Notes under the pieces: generated by a model
Told to the model about the DNA's origin: nothing
Seen by the model: only the letters and a program-made list of their open reading frames with translations
The model's database searches: none
Part shown: positions 26,591-36,521 of the stretch, piece after piece
Layout: each line of letters begins with the position of its first letter
Numbering within the stretch: the first letter of the stretch is position 1
Assembly: GCA_012032475.1 (NCBI GenBank)
Contig: JAAUSY010000002.1
Location: forward strand, 2,106 to 66,105
DNA length: 64,000 bases
DNA from: Chloroflexaceae bacterium
GTDB lineage: Bacteria > Chloroflexota > Chloroflexia > Chloroflexales > Chloroflexaceae
Direction: 5' to 3'
Made by a program: the position numbers and the translations under genes

Positions 26591-28189
26591 ATGAGTCCGA
26601 GCTATGCACCGGGTACTGACATCAATGCTCCGATTGCCCCTGATTTTGCTGAGATATTGACCCCGGAGGCCATGAGCTTTCTTGCGAAGCTCCACCGGAC
26701 GTTTGAGGCAAGGCGGCAAAATCTGCTGCAACGCCGGGCGGAGCGGCAGGCCGAGTTCGACGCCGGGAAGATGCCCGACTTCCTGCCCGAAACCGCCGCC
26801 GTGCGGGACGACCCGACCTGGACGGTAGCGCCAGTCCCGCACGATTTGCAGGACCGGCGGGTGGAGATTACTGGTCCGACCGACCGGAAGATGATCGTCA
26901 ACGCGCTCAACTCCGGCGCAAAGGTCTATATGACCGACTTCGAGGATTCCAACACGCCCACCTGGGAAAACCTCATCCGCGGGCAAATCAACCTCCGCGA
27001 TGCCGTCCGGCGGAATATTGATTTCGTGAGCGAGGAGGGCAAGAGCTACCAGCTCAAAGAGACCCCGGCCACGCTGGTGGTGCGGCCCCGTGGCTGGCAT
27101 CTCAATGAAAAGCACGTCCTGATTGACGGTCAGCCGGTGTCGGGGGGGCTGTTTGACTTTGGTCTCTATTTCTTCCACAATGCCCGCACCTTGATAGCGC
27201 AGGGCACCGGCCCCTATTTCTACCTCCCCAAGCTGGAAAGCCACCTGGAGGCGCGGCTCTGGAACAATGTCTTCGACCTGTCCCAGGACGAACTGGGCAT
27301 TCCCCGCGGGACTATCAAGGCGACCGTACTGATAGAAACCATTCTGGCGGCATTCGAGGCCGAGGAGATTCTCTATGAGTTGCGCTACCACTCAGCAGGG
27401 CTGAATTGTGGGCGGTGGGACTACATCTTTAGCTGCATCAAGAAGTTCCGCAACCACCCGGAGATTGCCTTTGCGGACCGCGCCCTGGTAACGATGACGA
27501 CGCACTTCATGCGCTCCTATTCGCTGCATGTCATCAAGGTGTGTCACCGCCGCAATGTCCACGCCATCGGGGGGATGGCGGCGCAGATTCCCATCAAAGA
27601 CAACCCCCAGGCCAACGAAGAGGCGCTTGCCAGGGTGCGGGCCGACAAGGAGCGCGAAGCCAGCGATGGGCACGACGGTACCTGGGTGGCGCACCCCGGC
27701 CTGGTGCCGATTGCACTGGAAGCATTCAATGCCAGGATGCCCCAACCCAACCAGATTGACCGCAAACGCGAAGATGTGAACATCACACGGGAAGATTTGC
27801 TGAAGTTTGGCCCCGACCGCCCGATCACCGAAAAGGGGTTGCGGACCAACATCAACGTGGGGGTGCAATATTTGGGGGCGTGGCTGGCAGGGAACGGGTG
27901 TGTCCCTATCTTCAACCTGATGGAGGATGCGGCAACGGCGGAGATTTCCCGCTCGCAGGTCTGGCAGTGGATACGCAGCCCCAGGGGCGTGCTCGATGAC
28001 GGACGGAAGGTGACCATTGAGATATTCCGGACGATGCTGGCCGAAGAGTTGGAAAACATCAAGTCGCTGCTCGGCGCGCAATATGCTGCCGGGAAGTATG
28101 AGGAGGCGGCCCGCCTCTTCGACCAACTCACCACGAGCGACGACTTCGTGGAGTTTCTGACGCTGCCTGGGTATGATAAGCTGGGTTGA
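26591..28189 (+). CDS. aceB: malate synthase A
   Basis: I use ATG 26591. [47 protein letters not shown] and [15 protein letters not shown] are hallmark malate synthase A segments. Confidence 0.9.
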   Translation: MSPSYAPGTDINAPIAPDFAEILTPEAMSFLAKLHRTFEARRQNLLQRRAERQAEFDAGKMPDFLPETAAVRDDPTWTVAPVPHDLQDRRVEITGPTDRKMIVNALNSGAKVYMTDFEDSNTPTWENLIRGQINLRDAVRRNIDFVSEEGKSYQLKETPATLVVRPRGWHLNEKHVLIDGQPVSGGLFDFGLYFFHNARTLIAQGTGPYFYLPKLESHLEARLWNNVFDLSQDELGIPRGTIKATVLIETILAAFEAEEILYELRYHSAGLNCGRWDYIFSCIKKFRNHPEIAFADRALVTMTTHFMRSYSLHVIKVCHRRNVHAIGGMAAQIPIKDNPQANEEALARVRADKEREASDGHDGTWVAHPGLVPIALEAFNARMPQPNQIDRKREDVNITREDLLKFGPDRPITEKGLRTNINVGVQYLGAWLAGNGCVPIFNLMEDAATAEISRSQVWQWIRSPRGVLDDGRKVTIEIFRTMLAEELENIKSLLGAQYAAGKYEEAARLFDQLTTSDDFVEFLTLPGYDKLG

Positions 28190-28273
28190 TGGATTGATGG
28201 ACGGGTTGATGGATGACGGATGCTGGTCGTACACCGCGCCGCACCAGGCCACGCCGGGCTATGCTGGCCCCCC

Positions 28274-29422
28274 CTACGAGGGAGTGACCTGAAGCGAGGT
28301 CAGCACCTCCCGAACGTGGGTGTATTCGGTTTCGACCTGGGTGACGAGCGAGGTTGCTTTTTCGACCACGGAGGGGAGTTTGAGCGCTTCCAGGCTGCGG
28401 CAGAGCGCCGACAGCCGGAGCGCTCCTACCTGGGTGCTGCTCGACCGGAGCGAACTGGTCAGCCGGGTAAAGGTCTGGATATGGCCCTTCTCAAGCGCCT
28501 GCCGCATATTGGCAAGCAGCATCGAGGCGTTATCCAGGTAGAGGTGAATGAACTGGGATGTTTCGTCTGGCTTGCTTCGCCCCACCGCTTCGAGAAACTG
28601 CTCCAGGATGACCGTATCAACGGATGGAGAAAGGTGCTGGCCTATCGCCCCTGGGCGTGATTCGTGGCGGAGGATGCGACGGTTGGACTGGTAGAGAGCT
28701 TTTGCCAGTTCTGGCAGTTGCACCGGCTTGCTGATGTAGTCGTCCATCCCCTCCTGGAGCAACCATTCGCGGTAGCCCTTCATGGCGTGTGCGGTCATGG
28801 CGATCACTCGCGGTTGCTGGTTGGCAGGCCACAGCGAGCGGATATGGTGCATGGCCTCGACCCCGTCCATCTCTGGCATCTGCACATCCATCAAGACGAC
28901 ATCATAGGGTTGGCGTTCCAGGGCGTGGAGCACCTCCAGACCGTTGGCGGCAATGTCCGCACGATACCCAAGCCGCCCCAACAACCCGATGGCGACCTTC
29001 TGGTTGACGGTGTTGTCCTCGGCCACCAGGATGTGCAGCGGATGGTGATACCCCATCTGGGTATCAATAGTGGTTGCCTGGTTGCCCTGGAGCACCACCT
29101 GGACGGGGGTTTCCGTTCCGTCCTGTTTCTGGGCCATTGCCATCAGGGCTTGATAGAGGGTGCCGGGCCGGATGGGCTTCGCCAGGCAGGCCGTGATATC
29201 CTCGGTGGTGGAGCGGGGAAGTTCGCCGCGGACGCCGACGGAGGTCAGCGCCAGGACCGGCAGGGAAGCCATCCGGGCGTGGCGGCGTATCTGCCGAATC
29301 AAGCTCAGCCCGTCTATGTCGGACAGAGCGATATCCAGGATGGCGATATCGGGGGGGGATGCTGCTGGAGCAGCGCCAGTGCCTCGGCTCCCGACGCGGC
29401 CACCTGGGGTTTCATCCCCCAC
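28274..29422 (-). CDS. hybrid sensor kinase 1, C-terminal fragment: rest of receiver 1, receiver 2, HPt
   Basis: ILVAEDNTVNQKVAIGLLGRLGYRADIAANGLEVL...DVVLMDVQMPEMDG is a REC domain. An HPt-like helical bundle forms the C-terminus. The fragment is joined to the upstream ORF through a frame shift at the G8 run 29351-29358. Confidence 0.8.
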   Translation of the reverse strand: MGDETPGGRVGSRGTGAAPAASPPDIAILDIALSDIDGLSLIRQIRRHARMASLPVLALTSVGVRGELPRSTTEDITACLAKPIRPGTLYQALMAMAQKQDGTETPVQVVLQGNQATTIDTQMGYHHPLHILVAEDNTVNQKVAIGLLGRLGYRADIAANGLEVLHALERQPYDVVLMDVQMPEMDGVEAMHHIRSLWPANQQPRVIAMTAHAMKGYREWLLQEGMDDYISKPVQLPELAKALYQSNRRILRHESRPGAIGQHLSPSVDTVILEQFLEAVGRSKPDETSQFIHLYLDNASMLLANMRQALEKGHIQTFTRLTSSLRSSSTQVGALRLSALCRSLEALKLPSVVEKATSLVTQVETEYTHVREVLTSLQVTPS

Positions 29423-31830
29423 CAGGTCACCAGAGCCATGAGCAGGTTGCGGTTGGTCTGGTTTTCGTTGACAATGAGCACGCCCTTGCCGACCAGGTGG
29501 GGGCGGTTGCGCAGCAAGAAGGGGCGGGGCGGAATGGCATGGATATCCATCTTCAGGGTGATATGGAACGTTGACCCCTGGCCCTTCTCGCTCTGCACCC
29601 AGATGGCCCCCCCCATCATTTCGACCAACCGCTTGCTGATGACCAAGCCCAATCCCGTCCCACCATATTTGCGCGTGGTGGAGTCATCGAGCTGGCTGAA
29701 GGATTGAAAGAGCTGGCCCAGGCGGTCCGGAGCAATGCCGATGCCCGTGTCACGCACCGCGATGTGGAGTTCGTACGGGGAGCGCGGAACGGAGGTCTCC
29801 CCGACCCCGGAAACGGAAATGACCACTTCGCCCTGCTCGGTAAACTTGATGGCGTTATCGAGCAGGTTGACGAGAATCTGGCGCAGACGCGTGCTGTCAC
29901 CGACCAGGCCGCAGGGGATGGCAGGGTCGATCTCGTAGGCCAGGTTGATACCTTTGCGGTCGGCCTTAGAGGCGAGTAGGTCCAGCGATTCTTCGATACA
30001 GTCGTGCAGGTTGAAGGGGTGGTGTTCCAGGTCGAGCTTGCCGGCTTCGATTTTGGAGAAGTCCAGGATATCGTTAATCAGCGTGAGCAGGGCGTTCCCG
30101 CTGACCTGGATGGTCTCAAGGTATTCACGCTGCTCCGTGGTCAGGTCGGTTTCCATCAGCAGGTGGGTCATGCCAATGATGGCATTCATCGGGGTGCGGA
30201 TTTCGTGGCTCATATTTGCCAGAAACGCAGATTTGGCGCGGTTGGCGGCCTCTGCTGCTCGCCAGGCTCGCTGGAGTTCTTCGTCGGCCTGTCTGCGCTC
30301 GGTGATGTCGCGCATGGTGGCACACATCATCGTTCCCTTCTCGGTGGTGATGGGGAAGGTCAGTTGTTGGATGTAGCGGCGGGTGCCATCCGGGCGCTGT
30401 ATCTCGTGTTCGTAGAGGTGGTTGGCCCACAACGACTGACCGGTGCGGAAGAATTCCTGGGTCGCAGATTTGAGGCGGTCGTAGGCTTCCGGAGTTCTCC
30501 GGTCGTCCGGGAGCATCTCGAAGAGGATATCCCACGAGGGGCGGCCCACCACCTCCGCCCGCGCCAGGCCGCTAATCTGTTCGGCTCCCCGATTCCATTC
30601 GATGATGATACCCTGTTCGTCGGTCAGGTCAATGCCATCGGACGTTTGTTCAACCACGCCGCGGAACTTCTGCTCGGACTGACGGAGGGCTTCCTCGGCC
30701 TGCAATCGCTCGGTGATATCTTCCTTCACCGCGATAAAGTGGGTGATATCGCCGTGGGCGTTGGTGACCGGCGAGATAGAGGCCGATTCCCAGTAGAGTT
30801 CGCCGTTCTTTTTCTTGTTATGAAACACGCCGTGCCATTCGCTGCCAGCCACGATGGTTTCCCACAGTTGCGCGTATTCCCCGGAGGGGGTTTCGCCAGA
30901 CTTTAGAACGCGGGGGTTCTGCCCCACCACCTCGCGGAATTCGTAGCCGGTGAGGCGCATAAACTTCGGGTTGACGTATTCGATATTCCCGGCCGTGTCG
31001 GTGATGACGATGGACACCGGGCTTTGCTCCACGGCGCGGTAGAGCTTGCGCAGTTCGGCTTCGTTGCGGTCCAGCGATTCTTCGATATGGTAGCGGTAGA
31101 GCGCTTCGCCAACGATGGCCGCGGCCACTCTCAGGGCATCTATCTCGGATTCCAACCAGGTCCGCTGGTTCCGTCGCTCATCGAACTTGATAGCTCCCCA
31201 CCAGCGCGACCCGACAAAAATCGGCATCACGGCGATGGAGCAGATGCCCTGAGAAGCCAGGAGCACGCCCTCCGTTTCGGGGAGGGTGCGGACGGTGCCG
31301 CAGATGGGTTGCCCGCGAGCCAATGCTTCTTGCCAGCGCAGGGGGAAGCTCTGCCCGTCGGACTGACAGATAGGAGCGGCTCCACAGTAAGGGTCCTGGC
31401 GGTCCTCCGGTTCCTGGCCTTGGGGCCCCTGCTGCGGGTTGGTCCAGAGATAGCGCAGGTGGGCAACCACAGATGCTTGCCCATGGGCAGGCGCAAAGTC
31501 CTGCCCATGGGGCTGACTCTCGTCGCGGGGTTGCACTTCGCACACACAGATACAACTGACCTCCGCCGCGGTCCCAAGACGCTCCAGGAGGAGCTGAATG
31601 TTCTGGTGCAGGCTGGTCACGCTGCGCAAAAACTGTTCGGCGGCAACGCGCACCACGCTCAGAATGGCGTGGTGAATGCGAAGGGATCGTTCGACCTCAC
31701 AAGAGCCTGCTTCCTGCTGCTGGTGGGCATGCAGCGCCCGTTGCAGGTCCACGACCTGCTGGCGCAGGAGCGTGTTCTCCTGCTGAAGTTCCTGCACGGT
31801 CCGGGCCGTGTCGCTCATATCTTCGGTCAT
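29314..31830 (-). CDS. hybrid sensor histidine kinase 1, N-terminal fragment: GAF/PAS modules, HisKA, HATPase_c, start of receiver 1
   Basis: FLANMSHEIRTPMNAIIGM is the H-box. DSTRLRQILVNLLDNAIKFT, VRDTGIGI and GGTGLGLVISKRLVEMMGG are the N, G1 and G2 boxes. Three PAS-like repeats precede them. ATG 31830 is the preferred start. Confidence 0.85.
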   Translation of the reverse strand: MTEDMSDTARTVQELQQENTLLRQQVVDLQRALHAHQQQEAGSCEVERSLRIHHAILSVVRVAAEQFLRSVTSLHQNIQLLLERLGTAAEVSCICVCEVQPRDESQPHGQDFAPAHGQASVVAHLRYLWTNPQQGPQGQEPEDRQDPYCGAAPICQSDGQSFPLRWQEALARGQPICGTVRTLPETEGVLLASQGICSIAVMPIFVGSRWWGAIKFDERRNQRTWLESEIDALRVAAAIVGEALYRYHIEESLDRNEAELRKLYRAVEQSPVSIVITDTAGNIEYVNPKFMRLTGYEFREVVGQNPRVLKSGETPSGEYAQLWETIVAGSEWHGVFHNKKKNGELYWESASISPVTNAHGDITHFIAVKEDITERLQAEEALRQSEQKFRGVVEQTSDGIDLTDEQGIIIEWNRGAEQISGLARAEVVGRPSWDILFEMLPDDRRTPEAYDRLKSATQEFFRTGQSLWANHLYEHEIQRPDGTRRYIQQLTFPITTEKGTMMCATMRDITERRQADEELQRAWRAAEAANRAKSAFLANMSHEIRTPMNAIIGMTHLLMETDLTTEQREYLETIQVSGNALLTLINDILDFSKIEAGKLDLEHHPFNLHDCIEESLDLLASKADRKGINLAYEIDPAIPCGLVGDSTRLRQILVNLLDNAIKFTEQGEVVISVSGVGETSVPRSPYELHIAVRDTGIGIAPDRLGQLFQSFSQLDDSTTRKYGGTGLGLVISKRLVEMMGGAIWVQSEKGQGSTFHITLKMDIHAIPPRPFLLRNRPHLVGKGVLIVNENQTNRNLLMALVTWWGMKPQVAASGAEALALLQQHPPPISPSWISLCPT

Positions 31831-31956
31831 TGTGCCTATCCTGACATAGCGTCCTGCCGACAATGTGATGAACAATAGGCGGATGACGGATAATGTGATG
31901 ATGGATGACCGTATTGTACCACAGGGTTCAGCGCCAGTGTTTCCTGCCTACCATGC

Positions 31957-34900
31957 CTACCGTCCGCCGGATACCGTCCCACCAACCGCGGCGCTGACGG
32001 GTTCTGCCCGACCCGCGCTACTGGCCTTTCCCCGAACGTTCCTGAGCTTTTCGGTCAGTTCTTCCATTCGCACCGGCTTGCCAATGTAGTCGTCCATTCC
32101 AGACCGCAAAAACCACTGGCGGTCTTCTTCCATCGTATGCGCCGTCAGCGCAATGATGCAGGGTTGCTGGTCTTCGGGCCACTGGGTCCGGATACAGCGG
32201 GTGGCCTCTATCCCATCCATATCCGGCATCTGGATATCCATCAGGACGACGTCATAGGGCTTGCGCCGCAGGGCTTCGAGCACTTCCATCCCGTTGGCCG
32301 CAACGTCGGCGCGATACCCCAACCGCTCCAGGAGGCGCAGTTCCACCTTCTGATTGATCACGTTGTCCTCGGCCAGCAGCAGGTGCAGGGGGTGGGTCTG
32401 CCCCAGGTGCAGGTCCGTCGGCAACCAGACTTCCGACGGAACAGACGGACCATAGACAGCTTTCCACCCCTCGCGGTCCATTCGGTCTCGCTCCACGGGC
32501 AGCGCAGCGGGCAGCACAGACCGTTCCTGGAACATCCGGACCAGGGCACTATGGAGGATGACCGGACGGATGGGGCGGGCAAGATAGCGCGTGGTGGGGG
32601 ATGACCGATTCTGCGTGGCAAGCGAGGTCCAGATAACCACGGGCAGCGCGGGCAAACGCCCGGTCGCCCGGAGGTTCTGTGCCAGGTTGGTTCCTTCGCT
32701 CTCGTTCCGGGGCATATCCAGAATAGCCCCATCGAGCGGGAACGAATCGCCCGACTGGACCAGCGCGATGGCCTCGCTGGCCGACGCTGCGGCGAACGGC
32801 TCGATACCCCACTGCGTCGCGTAGTGGGTCAGGATGTTCCGATTCGTTTCGTAGGGCGAAACCACCAGAACACGCTTACCAGCAAACCGGTCGTCGGGAG
32901 CCAGGAGCCAGTCACCCGCCGATGCATAGGCCACCGGGGCTGGTTCGGCCACAAAGGTGGCATGGAAGGTAGCGCCGTTTCCCTCCTCGCTTTCCACCCG
33001 GATACTCCCGTCCATCATGGCTAGCAGGCTGGCGCTGATGGCAAGCCCCAGGCCGGTGCCGCCATACCGGCGGGTCATCGAGGTATCGCCCTGGCTGAAG
33101 GAGCGGAAGAGGTGGTCCATCTGGTCGCGGGGGATACCGATGCCCGTGTCGCGGACGCTGAGGTGGACCTCGTGCCGGGGCCGGGGGGCGGGGAGCAAGG
33201 CCGGTTCCGATATCCCGCTGGCTTCCCCCGGTGGACGGGGTCGTGCAGAGGGAGTATCGAGTTGACCGTTCGAGCCTGAAGCGATCCCACGCTCTCCAAC
33301 CATGACGACAATTTCGCCCTGCTCGGTGAACTTCACCGCGTTGCTGAGCAGGTTGACGATCACCTGGCGTATCCGCGTCACATCGCCAACCAGGCGAGTG
33401 GGGGCGCAGTCCTCGATGAAGTAGGCCAGATTGAGTCCCTTGTCGGCGGCTCTGGCGGCAAATAGATCGAGCGATTCTTCAATGCACTGGCGCAAATCAA
33501 AGGGATAGCGCTTGAGTTCCAGCGTCCCGGCCTCAATTTTCGAGAAGTCCAGCACATTGTTAATGAGGGTTATCGTCGCCTCGCCACTGACGCGGATGGT
33601 CTCCAGACACTCGCGCTGTTCGGAGTCCAGGGTTGTGTCGAGGAGCACGTTGGTCATCCCGATGACGGCGTTCATCGGGGTGCGAATTTCGTGGCTCATG
33701 TTCGCCAGAAATTCCGTTTTGGCGCGGGCGGCCGCTTCAGCAGCATACCTGGCTCGCTTGAGTTCGTCTTCGGCTTGCTTGCGCACGGTGATATCTCGCA
33801 GGCTCCACACGCGCCCGGCGATGCTCCCTTCCACATAGTAGGGGGTGCTGTGGCGCTCAATGATGCGCCCGTCTTTCAGGGTCAGACATTCGTAGACGGG
33901 GGAGTCCAGCGTGCCATAGAGTTCTTCGAGCACCTGCCGCACGAAGGCCTCGCGGTTCTGGACCTGTTCGACCAGGAGATCGAAGTGGTGGGCCGAAGTA
34001 CACCGGGTGCGCCAGTCGGGCGGGAGGTTCCAGAGGTCTTCGAAGTGATGGTTGCAGTGGATGATTCCTCCATCCTGCGCCAGCACCATGATGCCGTCCG
34101 CCGTGGACTCGATGGTGGCCTGGAGGAGCGAGAGCGAACGCTCCAGTTCGCGCCGGGAGCGTTTGCGTTCGGTGATATCGCGGGCAATGACCTGGACGGC
34201 AGGCTTTCCCTGGTAGGTAAAGGGGCTTGAGGTCACTTCCACATCCACCAGTGACCCGTTCAGACACACCAATTGTTCCTCAACCATGGGGGTGCGGGTC
34301 TGGTGCTCCAGCACCTGACGGACCCGACGGATGACCAGGTCGTGGTAGGCCGGGGCGACCAGGTCGAGCAGGGGGCGTCCGACGAGTTGGTGGGGCGGAA
34401 GGCTGCCGAGCATGGCCGCCCCGGCCTGGTTGATGAAGACAATCTTTTCATCACGATGGACGACAATCAGGTCGGGCGAGAGTTCGACGAGCTGGCGATA
34501 GCGCTCTTCGCTCTCGCGCAGGGCCAGTTCGGAGCGTTTGCGCTCGGTAATGTCCCGTGCGGCCCCGTAGATATGGGTGACCTGGGTGTGGGTGGCGTTG
34601 CGCACCGGGCGGCAGTGGTTGCGCAGCCAGCGGATTTCGCCCTTCCTGGTGACAATCCGAAATTCCATGATATCCGAAGACTGTCCGGCGGTGAACCACT
34701 CCCGCCGCTGGTGGATGACCGGGACATCGTCCGGGTGGAGCAGGCTGTCCCATCCCCCGCGGTGGTTAATCTCTTCCATGGTATACCCGGTGGTGCGGGC
34801 AAAGGGTTCGTTGGCCCATTCGAGGATGAGGCGGTTTTCTGGCTCGACGCGCAGGACGTAGACGAAGTCGGAGATGAGTTCGGAAATGGCGCGGTAGCGG

Positions 34901-35616
34901 GCTTCGTTTTCGCGCAGGGCTTTTTCGATGCACTTGTGCTCGGTGATATCCCGCCCGATGATGTTCATCACTGTGACGTTTCCCTTGTCGTCGTAGTGGG
35001 GGTTGACCGTCCAGTGCAGGTAGTGGACCCGTCCGTCGCGGCTGACCTGGCGATTCTCGAAGGTGGCGATGGTTGAGCGGTGTTGGAGCCACCCATCGAA
35101 GAGGGCGCGGGTGCGGACCTGGTCGTCGGGGTAGACGAAGTCGAAGGCGTCTCGTCCCAGGCAGGCTTCGACCGGGATGCCGTAGATGCGCTCAGCGGTG
35201 CGGTTGAGGTAGGTGAAGCGCCGGGCCTGGTTGACCTGGCAAACCAGGTTGTCGGTACCTTCGACAAATTCGCGGAACCATTCTTCGCTGGCGCGCAGGG
35301 CTTCTTCGGCCCGTACCCGCTCGGTAATGTCGCGGTTGCTGGCCCGCTGCCCAATCCACTGCCCCTCGGCATTGAAGACTGGCTGCACACATGCTGATGG
35401 AGCATTCTTCACCGCTGCGCGTGAGGATGCGAAACTCAAGTTCGCATGTTTGCTGGCTGGTGATTTCGTCGTGCAAGTGGGCGCAAAAGCGGTCCCGGTC
35501 GTCGGGGTGGACGATATCCTCCATCCGGGCGGTGCCGGCTTGCAGCGCGTCGGGAGCGTAGCCCGTGATACGCTCGCACGAGGGGGAGATGTAGCGGTAG
35601 GTGCTGTCGGGGGCAA
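31957..35616 (-). CDS. hybrid sensor histidine kinase 2, C-terminal fragment: PAS x4-5, HisKA, HATPase_c, two receivers
   Basis: FLANMSHEIRTPMNAVIGM is the H-box, followed by the N and G boxes. LLLAEDNVINQKVELRLLERLGYRADVAANGMEVL...VLMDIQMPDMDG is a REC domain. Real coding in this frame probably begins near 35390; the part upstream overlaps the previous fragment out of frame. Confidence 0.85.
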   Translation of the reverse strand: MPPTAPTATSPPRASVSRATLPTRCKPAPPGWRISSTPTTGTAFAPTCTTKSPASKHANLSFASSRAAVKNAPSACVQPVFNAEGQWIGQRASNRDITERVRAEEALRASEEWFREFVEGTDNLVCQVNQARRFTYLNRTAERIYGIPVEACLGRDAFDFVYPDDQVRTRALFDGWLQHRSTIATFENRQVSRDGRVHYLHWTVNPHYDDKGNVTVMNIIGRDITEHKCIEKALRENEARYRAISELISDFVYVLRVEPENRLILEWANEPFARTTGYTMEEINHRGGWDSLLHPDDVPVIHQRREWFTAGQSSDIMEFRIVTRKGEIRWLRNHCRPVRNATHTQVTHIYGAARDITERKRSELALRESEERYRQLVELSPDLIVVHRDEKIVFINQAGAAMLGSLPPHQLVGRPLLDLVAPAYHDLVIRRVRQVLEHQTRTPMVEEQLVCLNGSLVDVEVTSSPFTYQGKPAVQVIARDITERKRSRRELERSLSLLQATIESTADGIMVLAQDGGIIHCNHHFEDLWNLPPDWRTRCTSAHHFDLLVEQVQNREAFVRQVLEELYGTLDSPVYECLTLKDGRIIERHSTPYYVEGSIAGRVWSLRDITVRKQAEDELKRARYAAEAAARAKTEFLANMSHEIRTPMNAVIGMTNVLLDTTLDSEQRECLETIRVSGEATITLINNVLDFSKIEAGTLELKRYPFDLRQCIEESLDLFAARAADKGLNLAYFIEDCAPTRLVGDVTRIRQVIVNLLSNAVKFTEQGEIVVMVGERGIASGSNGQLDTPSARPRPPGEASGISEPALLPAPRPRHEVHLSVRDTGIGIPRDQMDHLFRSFSQGDTSMTRRYGGTGLGLAISASLLAMMDGSIRVESEEGNGATFHATFVAEPAPVAYASAGDWLLAPDDRFAGKRVLVVSPYETNRNILTHYATQWGIEPFAAASASEAIALVQSGDSFPLDGAILDMPRNESEGTNLAQNLRATGRLPALPVVIWTSLATQNRSSPTTRYLARPIRPVILHSALVRMFQERSVLPAALPVERDRMDREGWKAVYGPSVPSEVWLPTDLHLGQTHPLHLLLAEDNVINQKVELRLLERLGYRADVAANGMEVLEALRRKPYDVVLMDIQMPDMDGIEATRCIRTQWPEDQQPCIIALTAHTMEEDRQWFLRSGMDDYIGKPVRMEELTEKLRNVRGKASSAGRAEPVSAAVGGTVSGGR

Positions 35617-36142
35617 TCCAGTAGACCCAGTCGTAGGTGAAGTCCGCGATGGTGCGAAAGCGCTCTTCGCTGGTGCGGAGCTGATTGGTGCGTTCCTCGA
35701 CGCGGCGTTCCAACTCTTCTTCGAACTGTTTGCGGGTGGTGATATCGCGGAACGAGGCCAGATAGGAGTTTTGCCCCTCCCATTCTATCTCGACCACGCG
35801 CATTTCGGTCACCAGGTGGGTTCCGTCTTTGTGGAAGATATCCACCTCTTCTTTGCTCCCGATGGAGATGGGGATGCCAAGCTGATGATTGAGCAGTTCT
35901 TCGGCGGTTCGCCCAAAGAGGCGTTCCGCCGCCGGGTTGACAAACTGGATTGTGTCGTTGTTGCTGACAATCACTGCATCGGCGTTGTGTTCGATAACGG
36001 TTCGGAGGCGGGTTTCACTCGACCGGAGGGCTTCTTCATCGCGCTGACGTTCGGTCAGGGCTTGTTCGAGTACGGCGATTCGCTGCCGCAGTGCAGCGTT
36101 TTCTGCTTGGAGTTCGGCATGGGTTTTGTTGTCCACCGTCAT
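35192..36142 (-). CDS. hybrid sensor histidine kinase 2, N-terminal fragment: coiled coil and two PAS domains
   Basis: MTVDNKTHAELQAENAALRQRIAVLEQAL is followed by PAS repeats. Sense is lost after ...EFRILTRSGEE at about 35395, where the next ORF continues with VQPVFNAEGQWIG. Confidence 0.8.
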   Translation of the reverse strand: MTVDNKTHAELQAENAALRQRIAVLEQALTERQRDEEALRSSETRLRTVIEHNADAVIVSNNDTIQFVNPAAERLFGRTAEELLNHQLGIPISIGSKEEVDIFHKDGTHLVTEMRVVEIEWEGQNSYLASFRDITTRKQFEEELERRVEERTNQLRTSEERFRTIADFTYDWVYWIAPDSTYRYISPSCERITGYAPDALQAGTARMEDIVHPDDRDRFCAHLHDEITSQQTCELEFRILTRSGEECSISMCAASLQCRGAVDWAAGQQPRHYRAGTGRRSPARQRRMVPRICRRYRQPGLPGQPGPALHLPQPHR

Positions 36143-36521
36143 GGTAGCTCACCTCGTATCTTTTTTTTGCTTTGTGCAACACCCTGGACTGATGTTCTGG
36201 CTCATTGTATCATCCGAGGAAGAAGGAAACTGCCGTGACTTTATCTAGTCTGTGCGTTCATTTTATCACAATGAGGGGGAGAAAGATAGATCCCGTCGAG
36301 TCTGGGGCCGGTCGTTGAGTGTTTCGGCGTTTCGGTCAGGACAGTGGCATAATCGCATGAGTGGTGGTATCATGGGCATTACAGAAACCTGGGCCGTTCT
36401 TCCGGATGCACGGGAATACCCTGGAACGTGCGGCAGTCCGGTGAAAAGAGCAACCAGGGAACCAGGTGGTAAATCTATCTTTCTTTACTTTGTCAGGAGA
36501 AATGAAGGAGAACAAACTATT

